Source: Deltaproteobacteria bacterium
GTDB taxonomy: Bacteria; Myxococcota; Myxococcia; Myxococcales; UBA5297
DNA length: 36,253 nt
Direction: 5' to 3'
Assembly (NCBI GenBank): GCA_016218885.1
Contig: JACRCT010000657.1
Coordinates: 1 to 36,253, forward strand
Shown here: one piece after another, positions 26,369 to 36,253 of the stretch
Numbering within the stretch: position 1 is the stretch's first letter
Layout of the letters: the number at the start of each line of letters is the position of its first letter
The notes under the pieces: generated by a model
The model's input: the letters and a program-made list of their open reading frames with translations, nothing else
What the model was told of the DNA's origin: nothing
The model's database searches: none
Program-made: the position numbers and the translations under genes

Positions 26369-28912
26369 CTATCCCCTTCGGCGCCACCTCAGGGCGACGA
26401 GGGCGGCGAGCAACCAAGCCACGGGTGCGCCGGTTCCCGCGCCGCAACCGCAGCCGACCTCTAGTGGAGGGGGCCCTCCAGCATCGGGGACCTTATCGGG
26501 CAGGCATTGGCCGGTCGCCGAGTCCAGGTGCGTGCCGGGTCCGCAGGGCTCACCCGCGTCGACGGCGACGTCAGCTTCGCACTCGCCCGAGCGACAATGC
26601 CCTCTGGAGCAGGGCGTGCCATCGGCCAGGTTCGCCTGAGCCCTGCAAACCGGCTCGCCTTTCGAGCAGTCGATGGCCCCGACCGTGCATTCTTGCGACA
26701 GCGTGCACGAGACACCCGGAGTACATGGACGGCAGACCCCTGCCTTGCACGCGCCGCCCGTGCACGCCGTGCCGTCAGCGCGATTGCCGAGCGAGCCGCA
26801 CACCGAGGGAGTCTCGGAGCAATCGATGAGGCCCGTCTGGCAGCCGTCGACGGACGTGCAGGGTTGCCCGGCGTTGCAGGCGCTGCAGGCCCCGGAATGG
26901 CAAGTGCCGGTTCCAGCCGCACAGGCTGCTCCCTCGGGCTGGTTCGTGAGGCCCGTGCACACGCCCTCTCCGGTCGCGCAGCTCAGGGTCCCGGACTGAC
27001 ATCCATCGAGTGAGGTGCAGCTCGCGCCCGCATTGCAGTAGCGGCAGCTCCCTGCATTGCAGACGCCCGAGCCAGGGCACGGCGTGCCATCGGGGCTATC
27101 GGTGAGGTGCGAGCAGGTCGCCTCGCCGCCGACGCATTCGAGGGTGCCTGCCCGGCAGCCGTCGGGGGAGGTGCACGCGCCGCCAGGGACACAGGTGCTT
27201 GCGTCCGCTGCGCCGGCGTCGGCCCCGGGCCCGACCGCGGTGTTTCCGTGGGCCACGTTCGAGAGCGGCCCGAAGACCACGTCCGCCTGGAACGTGCCGC
27301 GGAACGGCACGAGCCGGAAGTCGTAGGCGGTGCCCGGCGAGAGCCCGCCCGCGGTGCAGCTTCTCAGCGCTCCGATGGCGCTGCCGGTGATCGGCGCTGA
27401 GCAAGTACCTTGGCTCACCTGCGTCGCCGTTCCCCAGTTGATGGGAGTGGGCGCAAAGCGAACCTCGTAGCTGGCCGGATGGTTGGAGCCGTCGTCGACC
27501 TCGGTGAAGGAAAGCGTCGCCGAGTCGGTCGTAGTGGCGGTCACCACGAGGTCCCTCACCGCGCCTGGCACCCCGGCATCCGGAGGGATGACCTGGGCAT
27601 CCGCCACCAGGATGGTTGCATCGGGTCTCGGGCTCGCATCCGGCGCGCCGGCATCCATTTCGGGCCCGATCCCGGTGGTCGCCTGAGCCACATTGGAGAG
27701 CGGCCCAAAGACCGCGTCCACCTGAAGGGTGCCGCGGAATGGCACCAGCTGAAAGTCGTAGGCGGTGCCAGGCAGGAGCCCGCCCACGGTGCAGCTCCTC
27801 AGCGCGCCAATGGTGCTGCCGACCATCGGCGTTGAGCAGGTGCCTTGGCTCACCTCGGTCGCAGTGCCCCAGCCAATGGGAGTTGGCGCATAGCGCACGT
27901 CGTAGCGCGCCGGCTGGCCCAGGCCGTCGGCGACCTCGGTGAAGGAGAGCGTTGCCGTGCTGCTGGTCGTCGTGGTCACGGCGAGATCGAGCACCGTTCC
28001 CGGGGTCCCTCCACCGGCGTCGGGACCAGGCGCGCCGGCATCGACCGCGCCGCCGGAGGGACCGACGTAGGTGGTGCTCAGGACATAGTCATCGAGCTCG
28101 ATGGCCCGCCACGCATGTTGCCAGACTTCTCCCACGCTCGAGCGGTTGCCGAACCCAAACCCATCCCGCGTAAACACCGAGTTGTCCCTTGCGTCAAAGC
28201 TCCTATTCGCTTGCGTGCGCACATGCGTCCCGTCAATCCAAGCCTCGGCGATACCGTCTGACCGGCCACCCGAGTTGAGCTTGATCCGGAATTCCAAGCA
28301 GTGCCAATTGCCGTCCTTCAAGGCGGCCGACTCGGCGGCGGTGATGAGGGGTGGCGGAAAGGCATCGATAAGAGAGGCCATGACGTAAAGATCGCCGGGA
28401 AACTCACTGCTGTACTTGATGTTGAAATAGACTTCATTTCCACCATTGGGTCCCGCGGGTGCGAAGTTGTATCGCCAGAACTTCTGATAGTCCGTGTACT
28501 CGGTCCAATCCAGGTCGACCGGTATCCTCATGTACCAACGGACATATATGTCCCGGTGCGACCCGGGCGTGTTGTTGTACAGCGTCATGTAGGACCGGTC
28601 ATGGGGGAAATCACTATGAGTCCATATCTTGAGTGACTTACCCCCCGGGGTGCGCCCGCCGGAGCTGAGCTCCTGGGCGTAGTGCGTCACGTTGTCCTTG
28701 GTGGCGAAGTTGCTCGCCTGCCCGTCGCTGTCGTCCCATCCGCCGGGCGTCGGGTACCCGCCATGCCAATCCGGATCCGAATCGAAGTTGTCCTGCCAGA
28801 TGGGCGCGGCCGCGGCCACGCCGGGGAAGAGCAGGACGAGAATCGCGCTGATGGTGAGAATCGGCTTGACCCTTGGGGGCGGGGGGAGAGCAGAGAGCGC
28901 GTCGGTTCGCAT
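26369..28912 (-). CDS. Secreted modular MYXO-CTERM surface protein: ConA/LamG or polysaccharide-lyase-like domain + 2 FN3-like repeats + Cys-rich repeats
   Basis: Signal peptide (..LLFPGVAAAA), 'IYVRWYMRIP..KFWR..GNWHCLEFRIKLN..DGIAEAWIDG..IELDDYVLS', DAG linkers, C-terminal GCGC + TM + RWRRR. Confidence 0.88.
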   Translation of the reverse strand: MRTDALSALPPPPRVKPILTISAILVLLFPGVAAAAPIWQDNFDSDPDWHGGYPTPGGWDDSDGQASNFATKDNVTHYAQELSSGGRTPGGKSLKIWTHSDFPHDRSYMTLYNNTPGSHRDIYVRWYMRIPVDLDWTEYTDYQKFWRYNFAPAGPNGGNEVYFNIKYSSEFPGDLYVMASLIDAFPPPLITAAESAALKDGNWHCLEFRIKLNSGGRSDGIAEAWIDGTHVRTQANRSFDARDNSVFTRDGFGFGNRSSVGEVWQHAWRAIELDDYVLSTTYVGPSGGAVDAGAPGPDAGGGTPGTVLDLAVTTTTSSTATLSFTEVADGLGQPARYDVRYAPTPIGWGTATEVSQGTCSTPMVGSTIGALRSCTVGGLLPGTAYDFQLVPFRGTLQVDAVFGPLSNVAQATTGIGPEMDAGAPDASPRPDATILVADAQVIPPDAGVPGAVRDLVVTATTTDSATLSFTEVDDGSNHPASYEVRFAPTPINWGTATQVSQGTCSAPITGSAIGALRSCTAGGLSPGTAYDFRLVPFRGTFQADVVFGPLSNVAHGNTAVGPGADAGAADASTCVPGGACTSPDGCRAGTLECVGGEATCSHLTDSPDGTPCPGSGVCNAGSCRYCNAGASCTSLDGCQSGTLSCATGEGVCTGLTNQPEGAACAAGTGTCHSGACSACNAGQPCTSVDGCQTGLIDCSETPSVCGSLGNRADGTACTGGACKAGVCRPCTPGVSCTLSQECTVGAIDCSKGEPVCRAQANLADGTPCSRGHCRSGECEADVAVDAGEPCGPGTHLDSATGQCLPDKVPDAGGPPPLEVGCGCGAGTGAPVAWLLAALVALRWRRRG
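27239..28003 (-). repeat. Intragenic tandem duplication of an FN3-like domain (~27239-27569 and ~27674-28003)
   Basis: ATLSFTEV..G...PA.Y.VR.APTPI.WGTAT.VSQGTCS.P..GS.IGALRSCT.GGL.PGTAYDF.LVPFRGT.Q.D.VFGPLSNVA is shared by both copies. Confidence 0.9.
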
Positions 28913-29046
28913 CAGAGACTCCTCGGTCAATCGTTCTTACCAGCAGGAACCCGCGGGCCTCTCAATGTACCGGAGGACCGGTTCCGCGTTGGTTGGTGGC
29001 CGTGGCCAGCTCGGGAGGCGTCGTCCGGCTCCGGCGGGAGTGGATG

Positions 29047-29220
29047 CCATCCTGAACATCGAACACAAAGATCCGGTCACCCCGAGCGTGGCTCCCGCGG
29101 CGCAGCGGTGGGAGCGGAGTCGAGGGGCCCCTCGACTCCGGGGCTCGCGCTCCTGAGCTTGCCGAAGGGTCGCCCCTGCGCTCGGGGAGACCGGAGACCC
29201 TCGGCCCAGGTTCAGGATGG
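29047..29220. repeat. Nested REP/MITE-like palindromic element
   Basis: Outer IR CCATCCTGAAC / GTTCAGGATGG; inner IR TCCGGTCaCCCCGAGCG / CGCTCGGGGaGACCGGA; central palindrome CGGAGTCGAGGGG-CCCCTCGACTCCG. Confidence 0.85.
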
Positions 29221-29499
29221 TATCGCTCCGGCTCCTGGTGCCCGCCAGGGTCCTAGCGTTCGTGGAGATGGACCGCCGACGGCCGGCGGGGCCTGAACAC
29301 GAAGCATGGGCGAGGGCTGGTTCCATGGCTGTTCGCTTGGCGGCAACCAACCCTAAACAACACATGAAGCAGGCAGAGCTTTCCTGACCTCCCGCAACCG
29401 TCGGCAACGACAGCGGAAACCTCTTCAGCGGGCTCTCGGTGCCTGTCTCTCGCCGCCAGGATCATCGGGTCCTTCTCGATCTCACTGCCGACGTTGAAG

Positions 29500-29564
29500 C
29501 TGGGGTCTGAAGTCTGGCGGCTGGAGCCCTTGCCATTCACGCAAGATCTCCCGACGAAGGGACT
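29500..29564. repeat. Dispersed intergenic element, copy 3
   Basis: CTGGGGTCTGAAGTCTGG...CCTTGCCAT..CGCAAGATCTCCCGACGAAGGGACT aligns over ~65 bp with 21630-21694. Confidence 0.75.
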
Positions 29565-29567
29565 GGA

Positions 29568-29888
29568 CTAATGGGCCGACCGCAGCGCCAAGGCGTTGAC
29601 GTAGCCATGGATGGAGGTGAGCGCGTTCGGGGGTAGCTGGGTGAAGCGGATGCCAGAGCCCTCGGGCGAGCTGTGTCGGACCTCGCCGACCACCATGACC
29701 GGGCCTGATTCGGCGAGCGACATCGTGATCGAGACCGTCGCTCCCGCCGGCAAGCTGCTGCCCCTGAAGAACGCCCCTCCCACCGAAAGGTTGGCGCAGA
29801 CGCCGCGATGGCTCTCGCCCGGCAGAGTCACGAGAGCTTCGGCGTCGCATTCGACTCGAACGAAGCGCCGCTGAGTGGTCGGGTTCAT
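29568..29888 (-). CDS. Stand-alone PilZ-domain protein
   Basis: RRFVR (RxxxR), NLSVGG, GEVRH, GIRF; GAGG SD before ATG 29888. Confidence 0.85.
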   Translation of the reverse strand: MNPTTQRRFVRVECDAEALVTLPGESHRGVCANLSVGGAFFRGSSLPAGATVSITMSLAESGPVMVVGEVRHSSPEGSGIRFTQLPPNALTSIHGYVNALALRSAH

Positions 29889-30122
29889 TTGCATCCTCGT
29901 GGAAAGGCATCTCCACCGAGCAAGCGGCATGCCGGCAGCCGGACCTCGGCCAGACCGTGGATCTTCTTGGGATCGAGGGAGCGGCTCGAGCTCCAGAGGC
30001 CTCGCAACAAGCTGCAGGGTCCGCAAGGAATGCGCGCCCTCGACGAGCTCCCCCAACGTGCCAAAGGGAAACTCCCGTCACCGGTGAACATCGAACGCTC
30101 TTGCCTGCAAAAGGAGCGACCG

Positions 30123-30641
30123 ATGCCTCGCCCGTACTCTGTCGTGCTTGCCGTGATGCTCGCGTCCGCCTGCGGCGGATCCTCGGATGGCTCCGACGCC
30201 GGCTCCGGCACGGACGCATCCCCGTCCGCGGCCGATGCCACCGCCGCTACCGGCCTGGATGCGACGGCAGAGCCGGGCCTTGATGCCTCTCTCGAGGCGG
30301 CCGACGCGGGAGGGAACTCGGGTTGCGCCGCCGCGTTCGCCGGCTGCGCCGACTATCTCGATGCGACGGGTCCGAGCGCCGACCGCACGGTCTCCTTCAC
30401 CTGCTGCCAGTACACCCCCAAGTGCCTGAAGATCGCCGTCGGCCAATCGGTGACCTTCAGCGGTCCTTTCGGGTTCCATCCCGTGAAGCAGGCCTGCGGC
30501 TCCACCCCCGTCATTGCCTCGACCTCGAGCGGATCGTCGGCCAGCTTCGTCTTCGGCACCCCGGGGGAGTTCGGCTTCTTCTGCCCCCTCCACGGCTCGG
30601 CGGATGGCACGGGAATGGCCGGGAGCATCCTCGTCGAGTAA
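30123..30641 (+). CDS. Lipoprotein with C-terminal plastocyanin/cupredoxin (type-1 copper) domain
   Basis: AAGGAG SD, lipobox ASAC, DA-rich linker, 'YTPKCLKIAVGQSVTF..FHPV..FFCPLHG..GMAGSI' giving His, Cys, His and Met ligands. Confidence 0.85.
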   Translation: MPRPYSVVLAVMLASACGGSSDGSDAGSGTDASPSAADATAATGLDATAEPGLDASLEAADAGGNSGCAAAFAGCADYLDATGPSADRTVSFTCCQYTPKCLKIAVGQSVTFSGPFGFHPVKQACGSTPVIASTSSGSSASFVFGTPGEFGFFCPLHGSADGTGMAGSILVE

Positions 30642-31189
30642 CGGCCTCGAGACGCATCGAGGGCCAGCGTCGTCGATCCACGAATCCGGAGGCGGTCTCC
30701 TCTCTCTCGCGGCCGCTCGTAGAGGATCCACGTGGATCCTCCAGACATCACGGTCCTTGAGCTACAGGCGTCACGCGCAGTGACAGAAGACCCGGCCAGT
30801 CGTCCGGAGCAGCCGCCTAGGAGCTCGAAGGCAACGGAGGCGGCAACGCTGAGCGATCAGCAGGCCGAGAGCCTTCGAGACCGGCTCGCCCGCCCGCCGA
30901 GCACCAGCTGCTGCCTTGGCCAATTTCGCCTGAGCCGCCCGGCGAGTGTCCTCGATGAGGTCTGGAACCCGTTCGACCGAGGCCCTCGCCGCCAACGACC
31001 CCAGCGGTGCAGCCGGGCGGGGCCGCCCCCGCTCCCCAGAACCGAGACGCCGCGCCAACGACCGGTCAGCAGTCGTTGCTCGCATTTGCAGCTTGCGAGG
31101 CTCTTCGCGCAAGCACATATCTTGAGGGCGCGTTCGGGCCGCAGGTTCGGGAATGCCGCTGAACGCTCACAACGACATCCGGGTGCCAT

Positions 31190-35065
<3,876 letters not shown>

Positions 35066-35384
35066 TCGTCTCGGACATCGCGATGCCGGGCGAGGATGGC
35101 TTCAGCTTCATCCAACGGGTGAGGCGCCTCTCCCCCGAGCGCGGTGGGAGGGCCCCCGCGGCGGCCCTCACCGCCCTGGCCAGCGACGACGACCGTCAAC
35201 GAGCGATGCAGTCGGGCTTCCAGCTCCACGTGGCCAAGCCCATCGGCTCGGCCCGGCTGGCGGCCGTCATCGCGGAGCTGGCCGGCTGGAGGGGGTGAGT
35301 GGCAACCGCCTGCCTGGAGCTGCCTCCCCGGAGGTTCGACTCGGCCCTTGTTCGGCCCTACCTACCGACCTGCCTGGGCATGCC

Positions 35385-35546
35385 TCACGGAGGCGGTGCA
35401 GGCCCGTCTTCGCACGCATGGTGGGGTGCCGCCTGCGCGAGCTCCCGCTCGAGGGCCGGCAAATCGGGGGGCTTCGCCAAGTGGTGATCGAAGCCTGCGT
35501 CGAGCGCACGGCGCCGGTCCTCATGCTGGGCGTACCCGGTCAGGGC
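35385..35546 (-). pseudogene. Remnant C-terminal half of a receiver domain
   Basis: [29 protein letters not shown] is paralogous to the end of the adjacent gene and lacks the phospho-Asp half. Confidence 0.8.
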
Positions 35547-35578
35547 TGATCTCAAGCGCCGCAGCTGCGGTGAGGGGA

Positions 35579-36253
35579 TCACCGCGCGCCGCACTCGCCG
35601 AGGATGCGGTCAATGGCGTCCAGGTCAGGCGGCTTGGGCAGGTGCTGATCGAACCCCGCCTCCTGGGCGCGGCGTTGGTCCTCAGGCTGCGCGTAGCCGG
35701 TCAAGGCGACGAGGAATACCGAGGCCAGCGCTGGGTCGGTATCCGCCCGCAGCGCGCGGGCGACGCCATACCCATCGATCTCGGGCAGGCCGATGTCACA
35801 GAGCACCACCGCTGGCTTGAACTCCTTCGCCCGGTTCAAGCCCTCGCGCCCGTCAAATGCGATCGAGACCGTGTGCCCGGCGAGCTCGAGGATCTCGCGA
35901 AGGCCGTCGGCGGTGTCGCGGTTGTCCTCGATGACGAGTACCCGCCGTGCGGGCGTGACCACGGGCTCGGCCGGCCTGGTCGGAGCCGGGCGGTGGATGG
36001 ACACCGCTCCGGCTGGGACGATCGGGAGCTTGGTCCTGAAGTACGCGCCGGTGCCCGGTCCGTCGCTGTGGGCGTGGATCTCGCCCCCGTGGAGCTCCAC
36101 CAGCCCCTTCACCAGAACGAGGCCCAGACCGAGCCCGCCTCGGCTGCGGTCGAGCGAACGATCTGCCTGCGCAAAGGGCTGGAACAGGCGCTGAAGGGTC
36201 TCGGAGTCGATGCCGATGCCGGTATCGGCTACCTCCAGGACGGCGTGGCCGAT
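35579..36253 (-). CDS. Hybrid histidine kinase, HATPase + REC (5' truncated by window edge)
   Basis: Frame open to the window end: [25 protein letters not shown], then [25 protein letters not shown]. Confidence 0.9.
   Translation of the reverse strand: MGHAVLEVADTGIGIDSETLQRLFQPFAQADRSLDRSRGGLGLGLVLVKGLVELHGGEIHAHSDGPGTGAYFRTKLPIVPAGAVSIHRPAPTRPAEPVVTPARRVLVIEDNRDTADGLREILELAGHTVSIAFDGREGLNRAKEFKPAVVLCDIGLPEIDGYGVARALRADTDPALASVFLVALTGYAQPEDQRRAQEAGFDQHLPKPPDLDAIDRILGECGAR

Noticed and set aside
29253-29540. 95-aa minus-strand ORF
   Set aside because: It starts inside the dispersed repeat (copy 3) and has no recognisable features.
25560-30780. Integron cassette array (small genes separated by palindromes)
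   Set aside because: Genes are in mixed orientation, no RYYYAAC...GTTRRRY attC pattern was found and no integrase is present.

Overview
A very GC-rich window that looks myxobacterial (Myxococcota-like: TIGR02266-type PilZ protein, MYXO-CTERM protein, eukaryotic-type Ser/Thr kinases, many hybrid histidine kinases). About 25 CDSs can be supported. Housekeeping or recognisable genes: a DHH/DHHA1 fragment, glpK with an upstream esterase, lnt and DUF3467. Signalling genes: a FIST-HK-RR operon, a REC-PAS-HK, a CheB/CheR-PAS-HK frameshifted from its receiver, three PilZ domains, a stand-alone CZB protein and two Ser/Thr kinases. The most unusual coding features are (1) a Ser/Thr kinase-PilZ-Hsp70 ATPase triple fusion with no substrate-binding domain, followed by the CZB gene; (2) a 1241-aa beta-strand-rich protein built from a duplicated ~400-aa unit; and (3) a 731-aa orphan with amphipathic beta-hairpin-like segments. 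The intergenic DNA holds several repeats that the ORF track does not explain: a dispersed element in three copies (TCCCGACGAAGGGAC core), gene-less inverted hexamer and heptamer arrays, a nested REP-like palindrome, and 22-bp direct repeats flanking one membrane-protein gene. No rRNA, tRNA, CRISPR array or transposase was recognised. All family assignments come from reading motifs by eye; no database searches were run.
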